DNA of 32,000 nucleotides from Pseudomonas aeruginosa (GTDB lineage Bacteria; Pseudomonadota; Gammaproteobacteria; Pseudomonadales; Pseudomonadaceae). The notes under the pieces were generated by a model. That model was not told where the DNA came from. It saw only the letters and a list, made by a program, of their open reading frames with translations, and searched no databases. Position 1 is the first letter of the stretch; every line of letters begins with the position of its first letter. The position numbers and the translations under genes are program-made. This document shows positions 9,147-18,689 of this stretch, in pieces. The stretch lies in NCBI RefSeq assembly GCF_001457615.1, contig NZ_LN831024.1, forward strand, positions 5,160,001-5,192,000, in the 5' to 3' direction.

Positions 9147-9417
9147 TGCCTTAACGGCAATCACTCAATGGCAACACCCGCCGGTGTGGCCGAGGCGAAC
9201 TGCGCAAGCGGCCAGGAAGGCCGGAGAACGCAAGGGAGCCGAAGCCGCCGCCGGCCCGTCCGGCCCGCGGTTCGGGCACGGGGCAAGGCAGGCCGGGGAT
9301 CGAGGGAATCGATCGTATGGACAGGACGTCCGCCAGGCCAACCTCCTCCGCGCTCCACCCACGACGCTCGACGGGCCGGCAACACCGGCACCACGGAAGA
9401 ATGAAAGGAATGAAGAG

Positions 9418-10563
9418 ATGAAAATGCTGAAGCGCTTTATCGTGAAGAAGAACGAACGCGGCCTGCTGTATTCCGAAGGCGACTTCTTCGCCGTGCTCGA
9501 ACCGGGCACCTACCGCCGCTTCGATCCGTACGACCGCCTGAGCCTGGAAAGCTTCAGCCTGAACACCCCGCAGTTCGAACACCGCCTGGCCGGCTACCTG
9601 CGGCAGAGCGAACCGCAACTGGTGGAGCGCTACTTCACCCGGATGGACCTGGGCGACAACGAGGCCGGCCTGCGCTACGAGGACGGCGTGCTGGTGGAGC
9701 TGCTCGCACCGGGCAGCCGCCGACTGTACTGGAAAGGCCAGACCGAGCAGCGCCTGGAGCGCATCGACCTGACCCAGGACTATCGATTGTCCGCCGCGCT
9801 GGTCGCCCAGTTGCACCAGCCGAACCTGCGCGACCGCGCCCTGGCGGGCCTGGACGCAGTGTTGCTGGTCCAGGTGCCGGCGTTCCAGGTCGGCGTGCTC
9901 AAGGTCGACGGCGCCCTTGCCGGCCTGCTGCAAGCCGGACAATACGGTTTCTGGCGCTACAACCGGCAAGTCAGCGTGGAACTGGTCGACACCCGTATCC
10001 AGGCGCTGGAGGTCAGCGGCCAGGAGATCCTCACCCGCGACAAGGTCAGCCTGCGCCTGAACCTCGCCGCCAATTGGCGCTACAGCGACGTGCTCACCGC
10101 CTTCTCGCGGCTGAGCAAACCGCTGGAGTATCTGTACCGCGAACTGCAGTTCGGCCTGCGGGCGGCAGTGGGCACCCGTACCCTCGACGAACTGCTGGAG
10201 AACAAGCAGTCGATCGACGAAGCGGTCAGCGCCCACCTGGCCGCCAAGCTGGAAGACAGCGGCCTGGAAGTGAGCGGCCTGGGCGTACGCGACATCATCC
10301 TCCCGGGCGAAATGAAGACCCTGCTGGCGCAGGTGGTGGAGGCGGAGAAGGCGGCCCAGGCCAATGTGATCCGCCGCCGCGAGGAAACCTCGGCGACCCG
10401 CTCGCTGCTGAATACCGCGAAGGTCATGGAGGAAAACCCGACCGCGCTGCGTCTGAAGGAACTGGAAACCCTGGAGCGGGTGGCCGAGCGCATCGACCGG
10501 ATTTCGGTATTCGGTGGCCTGGACCAGGTATTGAACGGACTGGTCACGCTGAAGCAGGCCTGA
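9418..10563 (+). CDS. SPFH/band-7 (stomatin/prohibitin-like) domain protein, no predicted TM segment (381 aa)
   Basis: Start at MKMLKRFIVKKNERG with GAAAGGAA upstream. The SPFH core is EILTRDKVSLRLNLAANWRY...LQFGLRAAVG..TLDELLENK..I......LEDSGLEVSGLGVRDIILPGEM, followed by a C-terminal coiled-coil-like AEKAAQANVIRRREE. The track ORF starting at 8986 is a spurious extension across the tRNA-like element. Confidence 0.9.
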   Translation: MKMLKRFIVKKNERGLLYSEGDFFAVLEPGTYRRFDPYDRLSLESFSLNTPQFEHRLAGYLRQSEPQLVERYFTRMDLGDNEAGLRYEDGVLVELLAPGSRRLYWKGQTEQRLERIDLTQDYRLSAALVAQLHQPNLRDRALAGLDAVLLVQVPAFQVGVLKVDGALAGLLQAGQYGFWRYNRQVSVELVDTRIQALEVSGQEILTRDKVSLRLNLAANWRYSDVLTAFSRLSKPLEYLYRELQFGLRAAVGTRTLDELLENKQSIDEAVSAHLAAKLEDSGLEVSGLGVRDIILPGEMKTLLAQVVEAEKAAQANVIRRREETSATRSLLNTAKVMEENPTALRLKELETLERVAERIDRISVFGGLDQVLNGLVTLKQA

Positions 10564-10576
10564 TCACGAACGATAG

Positions 10577-10601
10577 CCGCGCCGTCGACAAGACGGCGCG
10601 G
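10577..10601 (+). other. intercistronic GC-rich hairpin between the SPFH gene and rtcB
   Basis: Perfect 10-bp stem CCGCGCCGTC / GACGGCGCGG with a GACAA loop and no following T tract. It is more likely an RNA stability, processing or attenuation element than a terminator. Confidence 0.5.
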
Positions 10602-10618
10602 AGCACAAGGAAAGCACG

Positions 10619-11833
10619 ATGAAAGACATGAATATCCTCGAAGTGGCCGGCGGCAAGCCGATCAAGCTCTGGACCCAGGGCGTCCCGGTGGAGGAGGAAG
10701 CGCGCCAGCAGTTGCTGAACACGGCGAAGATGCCCTTCATCTTCAAGCACCTGGCGGTGATGCCTGACGTACACCTGGGCAAGGGCTCGACCATCGGTAG
10801 CGTGATCCCTACCCTCGGCGCGATCATCCCGGCCGCGGTGGGCGTGGATATCGGCTGCGGAATGATCGCCGCGCGCACCTCGCTGGTCGCCGCCGACCTG
10901 CCGGACAACCTGCACGGCCTGCGCAGCGCCATCGAGCAGGCGGTACCCCACGGCAAGACCTTCGGCCGCCGCGACCGCGGCGCCTGGCACGAGGTACCGG
11001 AGGCCACCGACCAGGCATGGAAGGCGCTCGCCGGTCGCTTCAAGGCGATCACCGACAAGCACCCGAGGCTGGAGAAGACCAACAACCGCCAGCACCTGGG
11101 AACCCTCGGCACCGGCAACCACTTCATCGAGGTCTGCCTGGACGAGGCCGACCGCGTCTGGTTCATGCTGCACAGCGGTTCGCGCGGGGTCGGCAACGCC
11201 ATCGGCAACCTGTTCATCGAACTGGCCAAGGCGGACATGCGCCAGCACATCGCCAACCTGCCGGACAAGGACCTGGCCTACTTCGAGGAAGGCAGCCGGC
11301 ACTTCGACGACTACGTGGAAGCGGTCGGCTGGGCCCAGGATTTCGCCCGGCAGAACCGCGCGCTGATGATGCACGCGGTGATCGAGGCGGCGCGCCAGGT
11401 GATCCGCAAGCCGTTCGAAGCCAACCTGGAGGCGGTCGATTGCCACCACAACTACGTGCAGAAGGAGCGCCACTTCGGCCAGGAGGTACTGGTCACCCGC
11501 AAAGGCGCGGTGTCCGCGCAGAAGGGCCAGCTCGGCATCATTCCCGGCTCGATGGGGGCGAAGAGCTTCATCGTCCGCGGCCTCGGCAACCAGGAAGCGT
11601 TCTGCTCGTGCAGCCACGGCGCCGGGCGGACCATGAGCCGGACCAAGGCGAAGAAGGTCTTCAGCGTCGCCGACCAGGCCCGCGCCACCGCCCACGTCGA
11701 ATGCCGCAAGGACGCCGACGTGATCGACGAGATCCCGATGGCCTACAAGGACATCGACCGGGTCATGGAAGCCCAGCGCGAGCTGGTGGAAGTGCTGCAC
11801 ACCCTGCGTCAGGTGGTGTGCGTGAAAGGATGA
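10619..11833 (+). CDS. rtcB: RNA 3'-phosphate/2',3'-cyclic-phosphate ligase RtcB
   Basis: 404 aa with the RtcB metal- and GTP-binding signatures: PDVHLGKGSTIGSV, VGVDIGCGM, GTLGTGNHFIE, HSGSRGVGN, CHHNY, IIPGSMG, and SCSHGAGR containing the catalytic His. AAGGAAAG RBS upstream. Confidence 0.97.
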   Translation: MKDMNILEVAGGKPIKLWTQGVPVEEEARQQLLNTAKMPFIFKHLAVMPDVHLGKGSTIGSVIPTLGAIIPAAVGVDIGCGMIAARTSLVAADLPDNLHGLRSAIEQAVPHGKTFGRRDRGAWHEVPEATDQAWKALAGRFKAITDKHPRLEKTNNRQHLGTLGTGNHFIEVCLDEADRVWFMLHSGSRGVGNAIGNLFIELAKADMRQHIANLPDKDLAYFEEGSRHFDDYVEAVGWAQDFARQNRALMMHAVIEAARQVIRKPFEANLEAVDCHHNYVQKERHFGQEVLVTRKGAVSAQKGQLGIIPGSMGAKSFIVRGLGNQEAFCSCSHGAGRTMSRTKAKKVFSVADQARATAHVECRKDADVIDEIPMAYKDIDRVMEAQRELVEVLHTLRQVVCVKG

Positions 11834-11869
11834 CGGGCGCCCTGTGGCGCCCGCTGGGGAAGAATCGAA

Positions 11870-12682
11870 ATGAACAGGGAAGAACGCCATCCGCTCCCCG
11901 CCGCCATGCGCGAGCGGGTACTGGATGAGCTGGAACGGATCGAACGCGAGCACGACGTAGTCGTGCTCTACGCCTGCGAGTCGGGCAGCCGGGCCTGGGG
12001 CTTCGCTTCGCCGGACAGCGACTACGACGTACGCTTCGTCTATGTGCATCAGCCCGAGTGGTATCAGCGCGTCGAGGAACCTCGCGACGTGATAGAACGC
12101 CCGCTGAGCGACGAGCTGGACATCAGCGGCTGGGAGCTGCGCAAGGCGTTGCGCCTGATGCGCAAATCCAACCCGGCCCTGCTGGAGTGGCTCGGCTCGC
12201 CGCTGGTGTATCGGGAAGAGCCTGGCGTGCGCGAGGAACTGCTCTGGCTGGGCAACGCCTTTCACTCCGTACCTGGCAGCCGCCATCACTACCTGTCGAT
12301 GGCACGCAAGAACTACCGCGGCTACCTGAAGGGCGACAGCGTCCGGCTGAAGAAATACCTCTACGTCCTGCGCCCGTTGTTCGCGGTGCGTTGGCTGGAT
12401 GCAGGCCTGGGCTTGCCGCCGGTGGCGTTCGAGAGGCTAGTGGAAGCCACACTGGACGACCCGTCGCTGCGCGAAGAGCTGGATGCCCTGCTGAGCCTCA
12501 AGCGTCAGCGCGACGAATCGGCCTACGGCCCTCCGCGCCTGGCGCTGCAACGCTTCATCGAAGCGGAGTTGCTCCAGGCCGAACGAGGGGCCGCCCAACC
12601 AACCGGCGCGCGCCAGGACAGCCGACTGCTGGATCGCTACCTCCACGACAAGATATGGCAATACACAAGGGAAACCTCATGA
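11870..12682 (+). CDS. Pol-beta-superfamily nucleotidyltransferase domain protein (COG3541-like), RtcB-associated
   Basis: 270 aa. The N-terminal minimal NTase motif ESGSRAWGFASPDSDYDVRFVY is a G-S...D-x-D signature. The stop codon overlaps the rtcA start (ATGA at 12679-12682). Confidence 0.85.
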   Translation: MNREERHPLPAAMRERVLDELERIEREHDVVVLYACESGSRAWGFASPDSDYDVRFVYVHQPEWYQRVEEPRDVIERPLSDELDISGWELRKALRLMRKSNPALLEWLGSPLVYREEPGVREELLWLGNAFHSVPGSRHHYLSMARKNYRGYLKGDSVRLKKYLYVLRPLFAVRWLDAGLGLPPVAFERLVEATLDDPSLREELDALLSLKRQRDESAYGPPRLALQRFIEAELLQAERGAAQPTGARQDSRLLDRYLHDKIWQYTRETS

Positions 12683-13704
12683 GAAAGGACCTCATCGAAC
12701 TCGACGGCAGCGAAGGTGGCGGGCAGATCCTGCGTAGCGCCCTGAGCCTGTCGATGACCAGCGGCCAGCCGCTGCGCATCCGCAACATCCGTGGCCGGCG
12801 CAGCCGTCCGGGGCTGCTGCGGCAGCACCTCACCGCGGTGCGCGCGGCGGCGGAAATCTGCGCGGCCGAGGTCGAGGGTGCCGAGCTCGGCTCACGCGAG
12901 CTGGCGTTCCGGCCCGGTGCGATCCGCGCCGGCGACTACGCCTTCGCCATCGGCTCCGCCGGCAGTTGCTCGCTGGTACTGCAAACCCTGCTGCCGGCGC
13001 TGCTCGCGGCCAACGGCGAAAGCCGGGTGAGGATCAGCGGCGGCACCCACAATCCACTGGCGCCGCCGGCGGACTTTCTCCGCGACAGCTGGCTGCCGCT
13101 GTTGCAGCGGATGGGCGCGGAAGTCGACCTGGAACTGCTGCGCCACGGCTTCGTACCCGCCGGCGGTGGCGAGCTGCTGGCGCGGGTACGCCCGGCACGC
13201 TGGCGGCCGCTGCAACTGGAGCATCCCGGCGCGGCGCTGCGGCGCCAGGCGCGGGCGCTGCTCGCCGGGATTCCCGGGCACGTCGGCGAGCGTGAGCTGG
13301 AGAGGGTCCGCCAGCGCCTCGGTTGGAGCGACGAAGAACGCCAGCTGGAGTTCCTCGCGGAGGACCAGGGGCCGGGCAACGCCCTGCTGCTGCGGATCGA
13401 CTGCGAGCACATCTGCGCGACCTTCTGCGCCTTCGGCCAGGCCGGCGTCAGCGCCGAACGGGTGGCGGAACAGGTCGCGACGCAAGCCATCGGCTGGATG
13501 GAAAGCGGCTGCGCGGCGGACGAGCACCTCGCCGACCAATTGCTGCTGCCCATGGCCCTGGCCGGCGCCGGCAGCTTCACCACGCCGCGGCTGAGCGCCC
13601 ATCCGCAAAGCAACCGCCGGGTTATCGAACGCTTCCTGCCGGTGAGGATCGGCGACCAGGCGCTGGACGGCGGCGGTCATCGCATCGTCATCACATCGGC
13701 TTGA
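12679..13704 (+). CDS. rtcA: RNA 3'-terminal phosphate cyclase RtcA
   Basis: 341 aa. LDGSEGGGQILRSALSLSM..GQP..I.NIR..R..PGL..QHL...RAAAEI is the RtcA family signature, with further conserved blocks GSAGS..LVLQTLLP and DEHLADQL. ATG at 12679 in the same frame as the 548-aa track ORF. Confidence 0.95.
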   Translation: MRKDLIELDGSEGGGQILRSALSLSMTSGQPLRIRNIRGRRSRPGLLRQHLTAVRAAAEICAAEVEGAELGSRELAFRPGAIRAGDYAFAIGSAGSCSLVLQTLLPALLAANGESRVRISGGTHNPLAPPADFLRDSWLPLLQRMGAEVDLELLRHGFVPAGGGELLARVRPARWRPLQLEHPGAALRRQARALLAGIPGHVGERELERVRQRLGWSDEERQLEFLAEDQGPGNALLLRIDCEHICATFCAFGQAGVSAERVAEQVATQAIGWMESGCAADEHLADQLLLPMALAGAGSFTTPRLSAHPQSNRRVIERFLPVRIGDQALDGGGHRIVITSA

Positions 13705-13805
13705 CGAATTCCTCACCAATGCCGACCTAGACTCGCGCCGGACCTGCCAGCGGGCCCGGCGCGAATCTCCGGGAGCCCCATCCCGGCGGTCGAGGAGTCC
13801 CGGCC

Positions 13806-14183
13806 ATGTCTTCTTCGCGTCTCGGCGTGCTTGTCCTCGCCCTGATCCTGCTCACCGCCACCCTGCTCGGCGGCTGCGAAAGCACCCACCAGTACCTGCT
13901 CGCCAAGGGCTACCCGCCCGCCTATGCCGACGGTTTCGACGATGGCTGCGGTAGCGGCCGCCAGGCGGCCGGCTCGATCAGCGGCGAATTCCGCAAGGAC
14001 GTCCCCCGCTACCTGCGTGAGGCGATCTACGCCAGCGGCTGGGGCGACGGCTTCGAGCAATGCCGGTCGATGGCGCGGAGCGAAGAGCGGCGGCGTTTCG
14101 AGGAGCGCCAGTGGGACGACCGCGACGACGATTGGCAGCGCGACCGCGACCGCGCGTTGGCCCGGGCCTTGCGCGAGCGCTGA
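13806..14183 (+). CDS. small lipoprotein with a highly charged C-terminal tail (125 aa)
   Basis: Signal peptide plus lipobox LLGG|C (MSSSRLGVLVLALILLTATLLGGCES). GAGGAG lies 8 nt upstream of the ATG. There are two DGF-acidic-x-C motifs and an Arg/Asp/Glu-rich tail. Confidence 0.75.
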   Translation: MSSSRLGVLVLALILLTATLLGGCESTHQYLLAKGYPPAYADGFDDGCGSGRQAAGSISGEFRKDVPRYLREAIYASGWGDGFEQCRSMARSEERRRFEERQWDDRDDDWQRDRDRALARALRER

Positions 14184-14225
14184 AGCACGCTGCGACAACC
14201 ATCCGCAGCACCGATCCCGGTGCGC

Positions 14226-14239
14226 TTGATCCACGTCAA
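14226..14239 (+). promoter_or_regulatory. Anr/FNR-type box upstream of ccpR
   Basis: TTGATccacGTCAA matches TTGAT-N4-ATCAA in 9 of 10 positions. It is centred about 74 bp upstream of the ccpR ATG, compatible with a class II Anr promoter. Low-oxygen control of cytochrome c peroxidase is established biology. Confidence 0.6.
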
Positions 14240-14306
14240 GCCGAGCAGCGCGCCGCTGGCCTCTCCTCACAGGACCGGTTGTAACGCCTGATAAGGAGAA
14301 AAAAAG

Positions 14307-15347
14307 ATGCAGTCCTCGCAACTGCTCCCGCTTGGCAGCCTGTTGCTGTCGTTCGCCACGCCCCTCGCCCAGGCCGATGCCCTGCACGACCAGGCCAGCG
14401 CGCTGTTCAAACCCATCCCCGAGCAGGTCACCGAGCTACGCGGCCAGCCCATCAGCGAGCAACAGCGCGAACTCGGCAAGAAACTGTTCTTCGACCCGCG
14501 CCTGTCACGCAGCCATGTGCTCAGCTGCAACACCTGCCACAACGTCGGCACCGGCGGCGCCGACAACGTACCGACGTCGGTCGGTCACGGCTGGCAGAAG
14601 GGGCCACGCAATTCACCGACGGTCTTCAACGCCGTGTTCAATGCCGCGCAGTTCTGGGATGGCCGCGCCAAGGACCTGGGGGAGCAGGCCAAGGGTCCGA
14701 TCCAGAACAGCGTCGAGATGCACAGTACCCCGCAGTTGGTCGAACAGACCCTGGGCAGCATCCCGGAATACGTGGACGCCTTCCGCAAGGCCTTCCCCAA
14801 GGCCGGCAAGCCGGTCAGCTTCGACAACGTGGCGCTGGCCATCGAGGCCTACGAGGCGACCCTGGTGACTCCGGACTCGCCCTTCGACCTGTATCTCAAG
14901 GGCGACGACAAGGCCCTCGACGCACAGCAGAAGAAAGGCCTCAAGGCATTCATGGACAGTGGCTGCAGCGCCTGCCACAACGGCATCAACCTGGGCGGCC
15001 AGGCCTACTTCCCGTTCGGCCTGGTGAAGAAGCCCGACGCCAGCGTGCTGCCCAGCGGCGACAAGGGCCGCTTCGCCGTGACCAAGACCCAGAGCGACGA
15101 GTACGTATTCCGCGCCGCGCCCCTGCGCAACGTCGCCCTCACCGCGCCGTACTTCCACAGCGGCCAGGTCTGGGAACTCAAGGACGCGGTGGCGATCATG
15201 GGCAACGCCCAGCTCGGCAAGCAGTTGGCGCCGGACGACGTGGAGAACATCGTCGCCTTCCTGCACAGCCTGAGCGGCAAGCAGCCGCGCGTCGAATATC
15301 CGCTGCTGCCGGCCAGCACGGAGACCACGCCGCGTCCCGCGGAATAA
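14307..15347 (+). CDS. ccpR: di-haem cytochrome c551 peroxidase
   Basis: 346 aa with a signal peptide and two haem-binding CxxCH motifs (CNTCH, CSACH). Conserved CCP blocks RNSPTVFNA, FWDGRA and PLRNVALTAPYFHSG are present. Strong AAGGAG RBS. Confidence 0.95.
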   Translation: MQSSQLLPLGSLLLSFATPLAQADALHDQASALFKPIPEQVTELRGQPISEQQRELGKKLFFDPRLSRSHVLSCNTCHNVGTGGADNVPTSVGHGWQKGPRNSPTVFNAVFNAAQFWDGRAKDLGEQAKGPIQNSVEMHSTPQLVEQTLGSIPEYVDAFRKAFPKAGKPVSFDNVALAIEAYEATLVTPDSPFDLYLKGDDKALDAQQKKGLKAFMDSGCSACHNGINLGGQAYFPFGLVKKPDASVLPSGDKGRFAVTKTQSDEYVFRAAPLRNVALTAPYFHSGQVWELKDAVAIMGNAQLGKQLAPDDVENIVAFLHSLSGKQPRVEYPLLPASTETTPRPAE

Positions 15348-15357
15348 CCGCCACAAG

Positions 15358-15390
15358 GAAAAACGGGGCTCCCCTGGAGCCCCGTTTTTC
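15358..15390. terminator. bidirectional rho-independent terminator shared by convergent ccpR and gdhA
   Basis: 9-bp stem CGGGGCTCC / GGAGCCCCG (15364-15372 / 15376-15384), flanked by an A run upstream and TTTTT downstream. It can therefore terminate on both strands. Confidence 0.8.
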
Positions 15391-15405
15391 CTCTATGGGA
15401 CGACC

Positions 15406-16758
<1,353 letters not shown>

Positions 16759-16989
16759 CTAGTTTTGTGAACAATTTTTTGCGCGTGACTCTAACAAGCC
16801 AGGCGGCACCTAGAAAGTGCGAAATGACGCATTGATGAATCTTTATGGTGCAAAACTGAAACTTTCCGGGTCCGCCAGAACGGCTCGGGCCAGAGCACGC
16901 GCCCGGAACCAGGCTGCCTCCCGGGCTGGCCACGCACTGTTGAAGGGCGACGAAAGCACCGTTCGCGTGCATCCCGGCGCCAGATGCGA

Positions 16990-17019
16990 AAGGGCCTCCG
17001 CCGCCAGGGGGAGGCCCTT
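16990..17019 (-). terminator. probable terminator after the FadL-family gene
   Basis: 10-bp stem AAGGGCCTCC / GGAGGCCCTT with a 10-nt loop, about 20 nt downstream of the TAG stop. It is followed on the minus strand by TTTCG, a weak T tract. Confidence 0.5.
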
Positions 17020-17038
17020 CCTCTACCTACGGCCGGGT

Positions 17039-18475
17039 CTAGAAGTCGTAGGTCGCGGACAGGCTGAACACCTGTCCCTTGCTGGTTGCCCTGCCATCCA
17101 GGCGTCCGCCGCCCAGGCGATCCTGGTTGACCGTCTTCAACGGCACCTCCTTGACGAACTGCCGCGAGTAGGCCGCGTCGATCGACAACTCCGGCATCGA
17201 CTGGAAGCGATAGCCGGCGCCCAGGGAGGCGAAGTAGCGATCGCCGTCGGGAATCCGCGGGTCGCGGGTGGCATTGTGGGTCGGCGTCTGGTCGTAGGCG
17301 ACCCCGGCGCGCATGGTCCACTGGTCGGTCACCTTGTAGTCGCCGCCCACCGCCAGGGTCCAGGTGTTCCGGTAGGTGTAGGGAATGGAGACGATCGTGT
17401 TGCCGTGGGACTTGAGGGTCAGGTCCTGGAACGACGACCACTCGGTCCAGGTGGCGCTGGCGCCCAGGCTCAGACGGTCGTTGAACTGGTGTACCCAATC
17501 CAGCGAGGCGTAGGCGGGGATATCCAGGCGCGCCGAGGCGGAAGCGCCCATGCGCAGGTCCAAGCCCGGATAGGCCAGGCCCGGGGTGCCGCCCTCGATG
17601 GCGCCCTCGGTCAGTCCACCGTCGTGGTCGTAGAGGTTGTAGTGCCCCTTCAGCTTGTTGCGGATCTTCGCGTGGTAGGCGAAGCCCAGGGTGTCGCGGT
17701 CGGTCGGCTTCCACACCGCGCCGGCGAAGAAGCCGGGCGAGGTGTTGTCCACCTTGACCCGCATCAGCGCGGACGAGTTCGAGGCCGGGAACGGAATCCC
17801 GCCCATGCCCGGGGAGTTGGCGGCCGAGGCATAGAGATCGAGGTTCTGGCTGACGAAGCCGGAGGTGCGCTGGATGATCACCCCGGCGCCCAGGGAGAAG
17901 TTGTCGTTGACCTTGAACGACAGGGAGCCGGTCAGGCCGATCGTCTCGATCTTGGTGTCCACCGCGAAATCGCGGCCTTTCCAGTTCGGGTCCCAGGTGC
18001 TGCGCATTCCCATCGGAACGACCTGGCTCAGACCGAAGGCGAAGCGGTCGTTGATCGGTACGACCAGGAAGCCGGTCGGCAGCCACGCGCCGAATCCGGC
18101 CTGGCCGCCATCGTTGGTACCCAGCTCGGGGGTGCCCGGCCCGTCCTGGTAGCCGCCGGTCATGGGATTACCCTGGTAGTCGTAGGCATCGCCGTTGTAC
18201 TTGATGTCGATATCGGCGTAGTTGACCGTCAACTGGGCGATCCGCTTGTCGATGAACGCCATGGCCGCCGGGTTGTTGAACGCGGCGCTCGGATCGTTGG
18301 GAAACAGCGAGCCGCCTGCCATCGCACGGCCCCAGCCCGCCGTGTTGGTGGTCGGCACCATGAAGCCGCCGGCTTGCGCCTGGGACGTGCCGAACAGTCC
18401 GCCGACGATCAGGGCGCAGAGCAATGGCAATGGTTTTCTGGCAAACAGGCAGGAAATATCGTTTTTGTTGTTCAA
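17039..18475 (-). CDS. FadL/TodX-family outer-membrane hydrophobic-compound channel
   Basis: 478 aa. The signal peptide ends in SQAQA. The FadL-type N-terminal hatch is GGFMVPTTNTAGWGRAMAGG...DPSAAFNNPAAMAF. Beta-strand periodicity runs throughout and the C-terminus is LSATYDF (terminal Phe). The start codon is TTG, with no in-frame ATG before the signal peptide. Confidence 0.9.
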   Translation of the reverse strand: MNNKNDISCLFARKPLPLLCALIVGGLFGTSQAQAGGFMVPTTNTAGWGRAMAGGSLFPNDPSAAFNNPAAMAFIDKRIAQLTVNYADIDIKYNGDAYDYQGNPMTGGYQDGPGTPELGTNDGGQAGFGAWLPTGFLVVPINDRFAFGLSQVVPMGMRSTWDPNWKGRDFAVDTKIETIGLTGSLSFKVNDNFSLGAGVIIQRTSGFVSQNLDLYASAANSPGMGGIPFPASNSSALMRVKVDNTSPGFFAGAVWKPTDRDTLGFAYHAKIRNKLKGHYNLYDHDGGLTEGAIEGGTPGLAYPGLDLRMGASASARLDIPAYASLDWVHQFNDRLSLGASATWTEWSSFQDLTLKSHGNTIVSIPYTYRNTWTLAVGGDYKVTDQWTMRAGVAYDQTPTHNATRDPRIPDGDRYFASLGAGYRFQSMPELSIDAAYSRQFVKEVPLKTVNQDRLGGGRLDGRATSKGQVFSLSATYDF

Positions 18476-18650
18476 GGTTTCACCCCTGGTGGACTGCTAG
18501 TGCACGGGGCACGATGGTCGGCCTGCTTGAGCGTCCTGGCGGACACCCTCCCCCAGACCGTTTTCCATGTGCGAACGAGATTCTGCGCCGCTTCCGGCGG
18601 AAACTCCCTCGGACCTGCCGGCCCGCGAAGGACGCCTGGCAGCGGGAGCG

Positions 18651-18680
18651 CGAAACCGCTGGCGCCGAGGGCGCCAGCGG
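18651..18680 (-). terminator. rho-independent terminator after pra
   Basis: 11-bp stem CCGCTGGCGCC / GGCGCCAGCGG (18656-18666 / 18670-18680) starting 10 nt after the TAA stop. It is followed on the minus strand by TTTCG. Confidence 0.7.
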
Positions 18681-18689
18681 CAGCCCGGA

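Noticed and set aside
8986-9417. N-terminal 144-codon extension of the SPFH ORF
   Set aside because: The extension reads through the tRNA-like cloverleaf and the structured leader, is Arg/Gly/Pro-rich, and lacks an RBS. The ATG at 9418 has a GAAAGGAA Shine-Dalgarno sequence and begins the conserved SPFH N-terminus.
10544-12289. 581-aa minus-strand ORF
   Set aside because: It is antisense to rtcB and the NTase gene, has no motifs and a His/Arg/Ala/Gly-rich composition. The rtcB frame is unambiguous.
13734-13763. Hairpin CGCGCCGG...CCGGCGCG after rtcA as the operon terminator
   Set aside because: It has an 8-bp stem but a 14-nt loop and no T tract (followed by AATCTCC). I cannot call it an intrinsic terminator with confidence, so it is mentioned only in a finding.
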